DNA from: a bacterium
GTDB lineage: Bacteria > Planctomycetota > B15-G4
Reading direction: 5' to 3'
Assembly: GCA_030428785.1 (NCBI GenBank)
Contig: JAUIEF010000007.1
Location: 1,333 to 65,332 of the forward strand
Length of the DNA stretch: 64,000 nt
Part shown: positions 47,092 to 56,114 of the stretch, one piece after another
Position numbering within the stretch: position 1 is the stretch's first letter
How the letters are laid out: every line of letters begins with the position of its first letter
Translations under genes and position numbers: made by a program
The notes under the pieces: generated by a model
Seen by the model: only the letters and a program-made list of their open reading frames with translations
Database searches by the model: none
Told to the model about the DNA's origin: nothing

Positions 47092-47361
47092 CGAGCGCGG
47101 GGGTGTGGGACGCCGTCCCCACCGAGTCCCCGTGCACGAGCCGCGTCCGACGTGCCGGGTGCGAGGGGAGGGTCCCCCCGAACGCATGGAGACGAGCCGA
47201 AGAGCAGCCGCGACCGGGCCGCAGGCCCGGAGCGGCGGAGGCAGCGAGCACGCGTCCCCGAGCGGCCGCGGGCGGGGGGACCCTCCCCTCGCACCCGGCC
47301 GCCACCGACGCCTCGCCCCCACCCACTCGCCGCGAGCGGCGCCCCACGATCCCGTCGCGAG
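47092..47361 (-). repeat. structured 3'-end element, type 1, copy 1a (270 nt)
   Basis: Aligns with 47969-48258 in the flanks and loop. The stem arms are 47155-47179 and 47274-47298, 25 bp and all Watson-Crick. The loop is 94 nt. The right end abuts the yjbQ stop codon (47362-47364). Strand is the inferred sense, co-oriented with the upstream gene. Confidence 0.85.
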
Positions 47362-47781
47362 TCACTCCCCCGTCAGGTGCAGCACGATCGACCGCCGATG
47401 AGCCCGCGTCCGGTGCTCGGCGACGAAGAGCCCCTGCCACGTGCCGAGGGCGAGCGCGCCGTCGACGACGGGGATCGTCTCGCTCGTGCTCGTGACGGCC
47501 GCGCGGAGGTGCGCGGGCATGTCGTCGGGGCCTTCGGCGGTGTGCGTGTGCGCGGGGTCGCCGTCGGGCGCGAGCCGGCCGAGCCAGGCGACGAGGTCGC
47601 GGGTTGCGGAGGGGTCGGCGTTCTCCTGGATGAGCAGGCTCGCCGAGGTGTGCCGGCAGAACACGGTGAGCAGCCCGGTGCGGATCCCCGAGCCGCGTAC
47701 GAAGTCCGCGACCTCGCGGGTGATCTCATGGAGCCCGCGCCCGGGCGTCCGCACCTCGAGGATGGTCTGGGCGTGGGTCAC
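47362..47781 (-). CDS. yjbQ: YjbQ/UPF0047 family protein (secondary thiamine-phosphate synthase family)
   Basis: GTG start. 139 aa. Carries HEITREV, LLTVFCRHTSASLLIQENADPS, DDMPAHLRAA and LGTWQGLF, the family hallmarks. Confidence 0.85.
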   Translation of the reverse strand: MTHAQTILEVRTPGRGLHEITREVADFVRGSGIRTGLLTVFCRHTSASLLIQENADPSATRDLVAWLGRLAPDGDPAHTHTAEGPDDMPAHLRAAVTSTSETIPVVDGALALGTWQGLFVAEHRTRAHRRSIVLHLTGE

Positions 47782-47968
47782 GGTTCAGGCAGCGGGTGAG
47801 GGTCGGCGGACGAGCGGTGAGAGCGTAACCGCGCGCCGCCTGGTCCGAGTGACCGATCCGCCGCGCGAGCCTCCCGCGCGAGCACGAGCTCCCCCGCGAC
47901 TCCATGACCGTCCCACGCGGCACCCGCCGTCGCCACCCCCGAGCCCCCCTCGCGCGCCCTCCCCCGGT

Positions 47969-48258
47969 GAGCGCCGGGGTGTGGGCCGCCTCACCCACCG
48001 GGTCCCCGTGCACGGTGCTCGTCCGACGTGCCGCGGGCGCGGAGAGGCTCGACCCTCCCTCCCCGGGAGACTTGAGTCGAGCCGAGTGGCAGCCGCGATC
48101 GGGCCGAAGGCCCGGAGCGGCGGAGGCAGCTGACCGAGGTTCCCGAGCGGCCCTGTCGGACGGGGAGGGAGGGTCGAGCCTCTCCGCGCCCGCGGCCGCC
48201 ACCGACTCCCCCCCCGCGCCCCCGCGCGGCGCTCAGCGTCCCACGATCCGGACGCGAG
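47969..48258 (-). repeat. structured 3'-end element, type 1, copy 1b (290 nt)
   Basis: The stem arms are 48031-48064 and 48162-48195, 34 bp and all Watson-Crick. Their sequence is unrelated to the arms of copy 1a. The loop is 97 nt and its core is conserved with copy 1a. The right end lies 3 nt from the tRNA-Gln 3' end. Confidence 0.85.
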
Positions 48259-48261
48259 CGA

Positions 48262-48335
48262 TGGTTCCCGAACTAGGACTCGAACCTAGATTACCTGATC
48301 CAGAGTCAGGCGTCCTGCCATTGGACGATTCGGGA
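48262..48335 (-). tRNA. tRNA-Gln (anticodon CUG), CCA encoded
   Basis: The reverse complement reads TCCCGAA T C GTCC AATGGCA GGAC G CCTGA CTCTGGA TCAGG TAAT CTAGG TTCGAGT CCTAG TTCGGGA A CCA. Full cloverleaf with a U1-A72 pair, as in many tRNA-Gln. Confidence 0.88.
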
Positions 48336-48486
48336 AACCGGGTCGAGATCGGCATGATTATGGGGCTCGCGGGGCGCGGGTCAACGCCCGGCGGGGTCCC
48401 TCCCGCTCCCGCCCCGCCGACCGCTCGCCGCACGTCGTCACGCACCACGTCCCGTACCTCTTACCGAACCGGGATCCGGGGACCCC

Positions 48487-49380
48487 ATGTCCGACACCGC
48501 GTCCACCTTCCTCGGCCTGCCGGACGCCGGCGAGGCCGCCGACATCTGTCTCGTCTGCGCGCCGTACGACCTCACGAGCACGTACGGCAAGGGCGCCGAC
48601 CGCGGTCCCGAGGCGTTGCTCGCGGCGTCGGGGAGCGTGGAGACCTGGGAGGAGGAGACGGGCTTCGACCTCGAGACGATGCGCTACACGGTGCGTCGGC
48701 CGGAGGACGCGGCGGCGTTCGGGCGGCTCCCGCCGGAGGAGATGGTCGCGGTGCTGCGTCGGCTGCACGACGAGGTGCTCGACGCGGGGATGATCGGGCT
48801 CGGGCTGGGCGGCGAGCACTCGATCACGTACGGGCAGTTCGCGGCCTTGCAGGCGCGGCACCCGCGGCTCGCGGTGCTGCAGATCGACGCGCACCTCGAC
48901 CTGCGGGACAGCTACGACGGCAGCAAGCACAACCACGCGTGCATCGCGGCGCGGTTCCTCGAGGACGGCGCGCCGCTCGTGCAGGTCGGCATGCGCAGCT
49001 GCAGCCGCGAGGAGGCGGCGTTCGTGGAGGCGCGCGGGTTGACGCCGTTCTGGGCGCGGCACGTCGCGGGCAAGGTCGCGTACCACCGCGAGGTGCTCGA
49101 CCGGCTCGCGGGCCGGCCGGTGTTCGTGACGGTGGACCTCGACGGCTTCGATCCGTCGGTCGTGCCGTCGACGGGGACGCCGGAGCCGGGCGGGCTCGAC
49201 TGGTACGACGTCGCGCGGCTGCTCGCGACGGTCGGGCGGCACTGCGAGGTCGTGGGCGCGGACATCACGGAGCTCGCGCCGACGGAGGGCGCGCACAACC
49301 GGCCGAGCGAGTTCCTCGCGGCGCGGCTCGCGTCGAAGATGGTCGCGTGGTTCTGGGCGCCGGGGCGGCCGCGGACCTGA
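48487..49380 (+). CDS. speB: agmatinase / arginase-family ureohydrolase
   Basis: Mn-binding motifs GGEHSITY, DAHLDLRD, VTVDLDGFDPS and ADITELAP. The symbol is tentative, because substrate cannot be read from the sequence. Confidence 0.75.
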   Translation: MSDTASTFLGLPDAGEAADICLVCAPYDLTSTYGKGADRGPEALLAASGSVETWEEETGFDLETMRYTVRRPEDAAAFGRLPPEEMVAVLRRLHDEVLDAGMIGLGLGGEHSITYGQFAALQARHPRLAVLQIDAHLDLRDSYDGSKHNHACIAARFLEDGAPLVQVGMRSCSREEAAFVEARGLTPFWARHVAGKVAYHREVLDRLAGRPVFVTVDLDGFDPSVVPSTGTPEPGGLDWYDVARLLATVGRHCEVVGADITELAPTEGAHNRPSEFLAARLASKMVAWFWAPGRPRT

Positions 49381-49382
49381 CG

Positions 49383-49434
49383 CGCGCGGGAGGCGCGGCG
49401 ACATGCCGCCGCGCGCGAGCGACGCCTCCGCGCG
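49383..49434. terminator. GC-rich nested hairpin between convergent genes (possible bidirectional terminator)
   Basis: The outer stem is about 12 bp with one bulge (49383-49395 paired with 49423-49434). It encloses a 5-bp inner hairpin (49395-49399 with 49405-49409). No U-tract. Confidence 0.3.
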
Positions 49435-49455
49435 GTCGGCGCGGGGCGCGTGCGG

Positions 49456-49965
49456 TCAGGGCCGGTCGGACTCGAGCTCGCGGTACGGCGAGCGCGACGC
49501 GAGCCAGCAGAGGACGAAGCCCGCGAGGCAGAGCCAGGTGAGGACGGCCGGCGTGCCGCCCGAGATGAGGGCGGCGAGCGGCCGGCCGTCGGACACCTCG
49601 CCGCCGGACCAGCGCACGGCGAGCGCGGCCCACTGCACGGTGCCGAGCAGGAACCCGCGTCGGACGACGACGAGCACGCGGCCCGTGTCGTGCGAGAGCC
49701 CCCAGCTCGCGACGGCCCACACGAGGAGGAAGCAGCCGGCCGCGGACCACTCGCGGAGGACGTCGCCGACGCCGAAGCCCAGCGCGAGCACGGCGAGCAC
49801 CGCCGCGACCGCGCCGAGGAACACGCCCGCGAGGAGCGCCTCGGGAGACGCCGGCGCCGTGCTGACCTGCGAGACGTGCGGGTCGTCCGCGACGCTCGTC
49901 GGCGGCGCCGTCGGGACGAGGCGACCGCCCGCCGCCCGTTCGTGGATGCGTGCCTGACCGCTCAT
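49456..49965 (-). CDS. membrane protein, function unknown (169 aa)
   Basis: Complete track ORF. GGGAGGG lies upstream of the ATG. Four hydrophobic segments (e.g. LLAGVFLGAVAAVLAVLALGFGV, PAVLTWLCLAGFVLCWL). Confidence 0.5.
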   Translation of the reverse strand: MSGQARIHERAAGGRLVPTAPPTSVADDPHVSQVSTAPASPEALLAGVFLGAVAAVLAVLALGFGVGDVLREWSAAGCFLLVWAVASWGLSHDTGRVLVVVRRGFLLGTVQWAALAVRWSGGEVSDGRPLAALISGGTPAVLTWLCLAGFVLCWLASRSPYRELESDRP

Positions 49966-50290
49966 GCCCGTTGCCCTCCCTGACCGGTCGTGGACGACAC
50001 CACGACCCTGTTTCGTTCACCGCCGAACGATGACAGCCGACCATCGGGACCCGACCGCCGGCCCGGGAGGTGCGTCTGGACGACCGGCTTGCAGGGATCT
50101 CGTCTCCCGAGACACTGCCTGTCGGACAGGCCCGGTGCAAGCACGGATCGCGCGTTCCCGGACGCGTCCACGGAAACGCATGACCGGGAGCGGATGGAAA
50201 CGGTGCTGCGGGTGCAGGTGGAGCGTGTCCGGCGCGGGGACGTGGGGGCGAGCCGGTGTCCTCGGAGCGCGGGCGGTCGCCGCAGGCCCG

Positions 50291-51124
50291 TCAGGTCGAG
50301 GCCGCGTCCGCCGCGGCGACCTCGCCGCCGCTCTCCTTGGAGCGCAGGGCGAGCGTCGCGAGGACCAGGGCGCCGGCGCCGATGCCGGCGATCGTCGCGA
50401 TCGAGGCGCTCAACGGCAGCGGCTCCACGGCGAGCAGGTTGGTCGTCGGCAGGCGGAACATGTCCATGCCCGTGACCTGGAAGAGGATGTTGCGCGCCTG
50501 GAAGCTCATCGAGAAGGCCGCGAAGCTCTGCGGCAGGTTCGCGGTGAGCATCTCGAACAGGAAGACGTAGACGAAGGACGTCATGACCGCGCGGCGCAGG
50601 AACACGCCGAAGAGCTGGAACACCGCCGCGTACGCGAGGACGAGGAAGCACACGACGAGCACGACCGAGGCGAGCTCGGGGAGATAGTGCGTGAGCGCGT
50701 CCTCGAAGCCGAGCAGCGAGGTCACGTAGAAGACGAGCAGCGGCGGCAGCACGAAGAGCAGGCCGCGACGCGCCGCCGCGAACCAGCGCCCGACGACGAG
50801 CGCGGCGCGCGAGACGGGCAGGCCGACGACGTAGTGCGCCGTGCCGCTCGCCCACTCGTCGCCGAAGGCCGCCGTGCCGAGGAAGATCATCGTGAGCGGC
50901 ACGATGAACGCGAGGTAGATGCCGGTGACGCCCTGCGCGAAGCCGGCGAAGCCCGCGCCGCGCGACGAGTCGGAGAGCGTGAGCCGCAGGATCTGCACGA
51001 GGACGGGCAGCCACGCGAGGAGCACCATGCCGACGAGGCGTCGCCCGCGCGGGGCGCCGGAGGCGGTGGTGCGCGCGGCGGCGAGCGCGGCGGCGAGACC
51101 GCGGGGCGGGGTCGGGCGGGTCAT
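50291..51124 (-). CDS. ABC-2-type transporter permease
   Basis: 277 aa with about 6 TM segments. The start overlaps the upstream ATPase stop by 4 nt. Confidence 0.65.
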   Translation of the reverse strand: MTRPTPPRGLAAALAAARTTASGAPRGRRLVGMVLLAWLPVLVQILRLTLSDSSRGAGFAGFAQGVTGIYLAFIVPLTMIFLGTAAFGDEWASGTAHYVVGLPVSRAALVVGRWFAAARRGLLFVLPPLLVFYVTSLLGFEDALTHYLPELASVVLVVCFLVLAYAAVFQLFGVFLRRAVMTSFVYVFLFEMLTANLPQSFAAFSMSFQARNILFQVTGMDMFRLPTTNLLAVEPLPLSASIATIAGIGAGALVLATLALRSKESGGEVAAADAAST

Positions 51125-52068
51125 GACGCCTCCCGGGACTGCGTGAGGTAGGCGAAGACGGAGCGCAGGTCCTCGTCGAGCGGCTCGATGGTGCGCACCC
51201 GGAGCTCGCCCGCGGCGGCGGCGCGCCCGAGGAAACGGGTGAGCCGGTCGGGGTGCATCGTCTCGACGACGACGGCCTCCGGCTCGAGGGTCAGGCCGAC
51301 GAGCAGGCCCTCCTCCGGCTCCTCGAGCAGACGGCGCGCGAAGGCGCGCGGGTCGGCGGCGGCGAGCCGGATGCGGCGCGCGTGCGTGTCGAGCGTGTCG
51401 CGGATCTCCGTGACCGTGCCCTCGGCGAGCACCTGTCCGTGCCGCATGAGCACGATGGAGTCGGTCATCGCCTCGATCTCGTGCAGCACGTGGCTGCTCA
51501 CGACGACGGTCTTGCCCTCGTCGCCGAGCTCGCGGATGACGCGGATGTAGTCGCGCCGCATGACCGGGTCGAGGCCGGTGAGCGGCTCGTCGAGCACGAG
51601 GACGTCCGGCTCGTGGAGCATGGCCTGCGCGAGCTTGAGGCGCTGGCGCATGCCCTTGCTGAAGCCGCCCGAGCGGCGTTCGATCGCGTCCGGCAGGCCG
51701 ACGCGCTCGAGGACCTCGACGGCGCGCTTCGACGCCGCGGCGGCGTCGAAGCCGCGCATGACCGCCTGGTCCTCGAGGAAGCGCTTGGCGGTGACGTCGT
51801 CGTAGAGCGCGTCCGCGTCGGCGACGTAGCCGATGCGCGCGAGCGACGGCAGGTGGTTGCGCACGGGCTCGCCGTCGAGCAGCACGCGCCCGCTGCCCGG
51901 CGACGCGAGGCCGACGATGAGCCGGATGAGCGTCGTCTTGCCGGCGCCGTTCGGGCCGAGCAGGCCCGTGACGCCGGGCCCGAGCTCGAGGTCCACCGCG
52001 TTGAGCGCGATGACGTCGCCGAACCAGCGGCTCACCTTCTCGAGCTTCACGAGGCCGCGCGCCGTCAC
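51121..52068 (-). CDS. ABC transporter ATP-binding protein
   Basis: Same frame as track ORF 51121..52926. GTG 52068 overlaps the upstream stop. Walker A GPNGAGKTT, signature FSKGMRQRL, Walker B VLVLDEP. Confidence 0.85.
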   Translation of the reverse strand: MTARGLVKLEKVSRWFGDVIALNAVDLELGPGVTGLLGPNGAGKTTLIRLIVGLASPGSGRVLLDGEPVRNHLPSLARIGYVADADALYDDVTAKRFLEDQAVMRGFDAAAASKRAVEVLERVGLPDAIERRSGGFSKGMRQRLKLAQAMLHEPDVLVLDEPLTGLDPVMRRDYIRVIRELGDEGKTVVVSSHVLHEIEAMTDSIVLMRHGQVLAEGTVTEIRDTLDTHARRIRLAAADPRAFARRLLEEPEEGLLVGLTLEPEAVVVETMHPDRLTRFLGRAAAAGELRVRTIEPLDEDLRSVFAYLTQSREAS

Positions 52069-52991
52069 GCCACGATCTCCACCGGGCGCACGCGGCGCAG
52101 CACGACGGCGAGGCACAGGAGCGTCCAGCCGCCGAGGATGCCGGCCGACCACGCGACGGGCATGTCCGGGTAGCGCGCGAGCTCGACCTGGTTGTCGAGG
52201 ATCCACGCCATGCAGCGCGAGAGGTTGAAGTGCAGCGAGACGAGGTGCACCTCCGGATTCAGGAACGCCTCCTGGAGGTTGCCGCGCAGCAGGCCCTCGA
52301 CCATGACGAGGAAGCCGACCCACAGGATCGACGCGTTGCGCGCGCGCTTGCTGAGCGCGGACGCCGCCGTCACGAGCACCGAGAGGAACGCGACGAACAC
52401 CGTGCCGGCCACGATCGAACGCCAGAAGAGCCCGGCCAGCTCGGCCGTCTGCCCCGGCTCGAAGCCCACGAGGAACGCCTGCACGAGGATGAGCAGGCAC
52501 ACGGGCAGCACGGTGATGAGCGTCAGGAAGAACCCGATGATGCCGAGCTTGCCGAGCACGTACTGCCACACGGAGAGCGGCCGGCTCAGGTACATCTCGA
52601 GCGCGTTCGTGCGGCGGTCCTCCGCGACGAGTCCCGCCCCCACGACGACGCACAGGATGAGGCACACCCAGATCTGCAGCTCGAGGAAGTAGCCCCACAC
52701 GTTGTCCGCGGTGGGCGACACGAGCTGGAGGATGCCGGACTGCTCGATGCCCTGCGCGATCTCCGGGTAGGTCGCGACGTTCGCGCGGAAGTAGAACGCG
52801 AGGTACAGCGCGCCGAGCGCGAAGAGGAACGGGCCGAACGCCCAGAAGCTCAGCAGCTGCCCGAAGATCTTGCGCTTGAAGATCGCCGCGAGCCCCGTCG
52901 AGACGCCGCGGTCCATGATGACCCACACGCCGCGTACCGGCTTGTCGCGGTCGCCGTCCCAGCGCGCGTAGCTCCTGTCGTGGACGACCAT
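52065..52991 (-). CDS. ABC-2-type transporter permease
   Basis: Same frame as track ORF 52065..53618, trimmed to ATG 52991 (ATGA overlap with the upstream ATPase stop). About 6 TM segments. Confidence 0.65.
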   Translation of the reverse strand: MVVHDRSYARWDGDRDKPVRGVWVIMDRGVSTGLAAIFKRKIFGQLLSFWAFGPFLFALGALYLAFYFRANVATYPEIAQGIEQSGILQLVSPTADNVWGYFLELQIWVCLILCVVVGAGLVAEDRRTNALEMYLSRPLSVWQYVLGKLGIIGFFLTLITVLPVCLLILVQAFLVGFEPGQTAELAGLFWRSIVAGTVFVAFLSVLVTAASALSKRARNASILWVGFLVMVEGLLRGNLQEAFLNPEVHLVSLHFNLSRCMAWILDNQVELARYPDMPVAWSAGILGGWTLLCLAVVLRRVRPVEIVA

Positions 52992-53917
52992 CAGCGACCG
53001 CCCAGCACGTCGATGAGCGCGTCCTCGAGGCTCACGCGCACGGGCGTGAGCCGGCGCACGATGACCTCGCTCTCCTCCGCCGCGCGGAAGAGCGGCTGCG
53101 TGTCGGCCGCGAGCGAGACGCCCAGCTGGAGGTGCTGGTCGCGCGTCTGCATCACGGGGATCCCGTGGCGCTCGCACGCCGCGCGGAAGGCCTCGACCGG
53201 CCCGGCGACGGTGACCTGGCACGCGTCCTCGGTCGCGGCCTGCAGCTCGGCGACCGTCGCGGAGCGCACGACCGTCCCCTGCCGCATGACGACGACGGAC
53301 GTGCAGACCTCCTCGACGTCGCGCAGCAGGTGGCTCGAGAGCACGACGTGGATGCCCTTGTCGCGGGACAGCGTCCGCACGAGCCCGAGCATCTCGGCGC
53401 GGCCCTGCGGGTCGAGGCCGTTCGTCGGCTCGTCGAGGAAGAGCAGGTCCGGGTCGTGCACGAGCGCCTGCGCGAGCTTGATGCGCTGCCGCATGCCCGT
53501 GCTGTACGTCGAGACCATGCGGTACCGCGCCTCCTCCATGCCGGCGAAGAGCAGCACCTCGTGCGCGCGACGGCGGGCGTCCGCGTCGGGCATGCCGGAG
53601 AGACGCCCCGCGTACCACGTCGCCTGGAAGCCCGTCATGTCCGGGAAGGCCGCGTCGCGCTCCGGCATGTAGCCGACGCGTCGGCGCAACGTCGACGCGC
53701 GCCGTGACACCTTGCGCCCGAGCAGCGTCGCGCGTCCCTTGTGGAGCGGCACGAGCCCGAGCAGCATCTTGATGAGCGACGACTTGCCCGCGCCGTTCGG
53801 GCCGAGCAGACCCACCGCGCCGCCCCCCACCGTCGTCGTGACGTCGTGGAGCGCGACGTGCTTGCCGTAGCGGACCTCGACGTCCGTGAGCTCGAGGATG
53901 GGCGCGGAGTCCGTCAC
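52991..53917 (-). CDS. ABC transporter ATP-binding protein
   Basis: Track ORF 52991..53992 trimmed to GTG 53917, which overlaps the upstream stop. Walker A GPNGAGKSS, signature YSTGMRQRI, Walker B LLFLDEP. Confidence 0.85.
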   Translation of the reverse strand: MTDSAPILELTDVEVRYGKHVALHDVTTTVGGGAVGLLGPNGAGKSSLIKMLLGLVPLHKGRATLLGRKVSRRASTLRRRVGYMPERDAAFPDMTGFQATWYAGRLSGMPDADARRRAHEVLLFAGMEEARYRMVSTYSTGMRQRIKLAQALVHDPDLLFLDEPTNGLDPQGRAEMLGLVRTLSRDKGIHVVLSSHLLRDVEEVCTSVVVMRQGTVVRSATVAELQAATEDACQVTVAGPVEAFRAACERHGIPVMQTRDQHLQLGVSLAADTQPLFRAAEESEVIVRRLTPVRVSLEDALIDVLGGR

Positions 53918-54198
53918 GCGGCGGCCCCCGAGGCGTCGCCCGCGAACGGACCGCCCGGCCGGCGGAGCAGCGCGACGACGCTCGACAGGCACCAGAAGCC
54001 CTCGAGCCCGACGAACACCGGCTCGTCGATGCGGCCCGAGTACGCGGCGAGCAGCCCGGCGCCGAGCGCGTTCGCCGTGAGGTATCGCACCGAGTCCGGC
54101 CGGCAGCGCCCCGTCTGGTTCACGAGGTACGCCCCCACCAGGAACAGGAACCCGACCACGGAGAGGGTCTTCCAGACCATCCCGGGCTCGTCGGGCAT
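53914..54198 (-). CDS. small membrane protein (94 aa), first gene of the ABC cluster
   Basis: Track ORF 53914..54510 trimmed to ATG 54198. Three hydrophobic segments (VVGFLFLVGAYLV, LGAGLLAAYSG, GFWCLSSVVALL). Confidence 0.45.
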   Translation of the reverse strand: MPDEPGMVWKTLSVVGFLFLVGAYLVNQTGRCRPDSVRYLTANALGAGLLAAYSGRIDEPVFVGLEGFWCLSSVVALLRRPGGPFAGDASGAAA

Positions 54199-54427
54199 GC
54201 CGTTCCTCTCCTCGGACCTCGCTGGTCGCACGCGAGGGGGCAGTCTACCGACGCGCCCTCTCCCGATGAATGGCCGGCCCGTGTCCGCATGGCGCGGTTG
54301 TTGGGCGAGCGACCGTCGGCGTTGCAGCGCGACCCCGCGGCCACCTCGTCCCGCGGCGTGCGCCCTCCGGTCCGCCCCGCCCCGCCGTTGGCCCGGCGCC
54401 CCCCGATCCGGCATCATCCACCGGATC

Positions 54428-55855
54428 ATGAGCTTCCACCTGTACGACTCGATGCGCCGCGAGAAGGTCCCCTTCGAGCCCCTCATCCCGGGCAAGGTGG
54501 CCATGTACAACTGCGGCCCGACGGTCTACAGCGCCGCGCACATCGGCAACTTCCGATCGTTCCTCTTCGCCGACGTCCTGCGCCGCTGGCTCGAGGTCTC
54601 CGGCTACGAGGTCACCCAGGTGATGAACATCACCGACGTGGGCCACCTCCGCGACGACGACCCCGAGCAGGGCGCCGACAAGATGGAGGAGGCCGCGAAG
54701 AAGGAGCAGCTCGACCCCTGGAAGATCGCCGAGAAGTACACGGCGCTCTTCTTCGAGGACCTCGACACGCTGCGCATCCAGCGCGCCCACCAGTACCCCC
54801 GCGCCACGGACCACATCCCGCAGATGATCGAGCAGATCCAGCAGCTGCTCGACTCCGGCCACGCCTACGAGGCCAGTGGCGCCGTCTACTACGACGTCTC
54901 GAGCTTCCCCGCCTACGGCCGCCTCTCCGGCAACACCGGCGACGACCTCATCGCCGGCGCGCGCGTCGCCGTCGCCGAGGAGAAGAAGGACCCGCGCGAC
55001 TTCGCCCTCTGGAAGAGCGACCCCCACCACCTCATGCAGTGGGACTCGCCCTTCGGCCGCGGCTTCCCCGGCTGGCACATCGAGTGCTCCGCCATGAGCC
55101 AGTCCATCCTCGGCGAGACGCTCGACCTCCACACCGGCGGCGAGGACAACGTCTTCCCCCACCACGAGTGCGAGATCGCGCAGGCCGAGGGCGCCACCGG
55201 CAAGCCCTTCGTCCGCCACTGGATGCACGCGCGCCACCTCATGCTCGACGGCGGCAAGATGAGCAAGTCGCTGGGCAACCTCTACACCATCGGCCAGCTC
55301 GCCGAGATGGGGCACGACCCCGTCGCCGTCCGCTTCGCCCTGCTCCGCGTCCAGTACCGCCAGGTGCTCAACTTCACGCTGCCCGGCCTCGAGGAGGCCG
55401 CGACCGCCGTGCGCCGCCTGCGCCTCTTCGCCACCGACATGGAGGAGGCCGCCGCCGGCGCCGAGCCCGGCGACCCGCCCGCGTGGCTCACCGCCGCCGT
55501 GCAGCGCTTCGACGAGTCCATGGACGACGACCTCAACACCTCCGGCGCGCTCGACGGCGTCTTCACGCTCATGAACGAGGCGAACCGCCGCAAGGTGACC
55601 GGCCCCGACGCCGCCGCGGCCCTCGCCGCCCTGCGCCGGATGGACCGCGTGCTCGACGTCGTCCGCGAGGACGCCCCCGAGGACCTCGACGCCGAGGTCG
55701 AGGACCTCGTCCGCCGCCGCACCGAAGCACGCGCGGCGAAGGACTGGGCCACCGCCGACGAGATCCGCGACCGCCTCGCCGAGCTGGGAATCGAACTCCT
55801 CGACGGCAAGGACGGCAAGGTGCGGTGGCGACGCACGGGCGCGGGCGCGAGCTGA
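54428..55855 (+). CDS. cysS: cysteine--tRNA ligase
   Basis: Same frame as track ORF 53741..55855, trimmed to ATG 54428. Carries MYNCGPTVYSAAHIGN (HIGH motif), GWHIECS and KMSKSLGN (KMSKS motif). Confidence 0.92.
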   Translation: MSFHLYDSMRREKVPFEPLIPGKVAMYNCGPTVYSAAHIGNFRSFLFADVLRRWLEVSGYEVTQVMNITDVGHLRDDDPEQGADKMEEAAKKEQLDPWKIAEKYTALFFEDLDTLRIQRAHQYPRATDHIPQMIEQIQQLLDSGHAYEASGAVYYDVSSFPAYGRLSGNTGDDLIAGARVAVAEEKKDPRDFALWKSDPHHLMQWDSPFGRGFPGWHIECSAMSQSILGETLDLHTGGEDNVFPHHECEIAQAEGATGKPFVRHWMHARHLMLDGGKMSKSLGNLYTIGQLAEMGHDPVAVRFALLRVQYRQVLNFTLPGLEEAATAVRRLRLFATDMEEAAAGAEPGDPPAWLTAAVQRFDESMDDDLNTSGALDGVFTLMNEANRRKVTGPDAAAALAALRRMDRVLDVVREDAPEDLDAEVEDLVRRRTEARAAKDWATADEIRDRLAELGIELLDGKDGKVRWRRTGAGAS

Positions 55856-55898
55856 GGGGCCGACTTTCCCGGTCGGTGGACTGCGTGCGCGGGACGGT

Positions 55899-56114
55899 GG
55901 GAGCGTTCCGCTCGGGCGGGCGCGGCGGGCCGGACGCGCTGGCCGAGAGTCGGTGGCGCCGACCGTGAGGAGACACATGGGCCCCGTGCTCAGACAAGTC
56001 CTCGGGCCTTCGGCCCTGCGGGAGATAACTGCGCGCGGGGCCCATGTGTCTCCTCACGTCGCATCCGGAACGGTTTCCACGGCGCGTCCGGCCCGTCGCG
56101 ACCTTCCTCGCTGC
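55899..56114 (+). repeat. structured 3'-end element, type 2, copy 2A (216 nt)
   Basis: Reverse-complement homolog of 56499-56729. The stem arms are 55965-55985 and 56037-56057, 21 bp and all Watson-Crick. The loop is 51 nt and contains GGGCCTTCGGCCC. It begins 43 nt after the cysS stop. Confidence 0.85.

Noticed and set aside
47186-47401. A small ORF starting at the ATG inside the loop of element copy 1a (part of track ORFs 47103..47495 and 46892..47401)
   Set aside because: The ATG is not conserved in copy 1b (GGGAGACTTGAG in place of GCATGGAGACGAG). The frame runs antisense into yjbQ, and the composition is Arg/Pro/Ala-rich.
46882-48261. The tRNA-Gln / element / yjbQ / element layout as an integron cassette array or an integrated genomic island
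   Set aside because: No integrase (intI or tyrosine recombinase) is present. No RYYYAAC/GTTRRRY attC cores were found. The putative island would carry only one housekeeping-type gene. I keep this only as an analogy in the findings.
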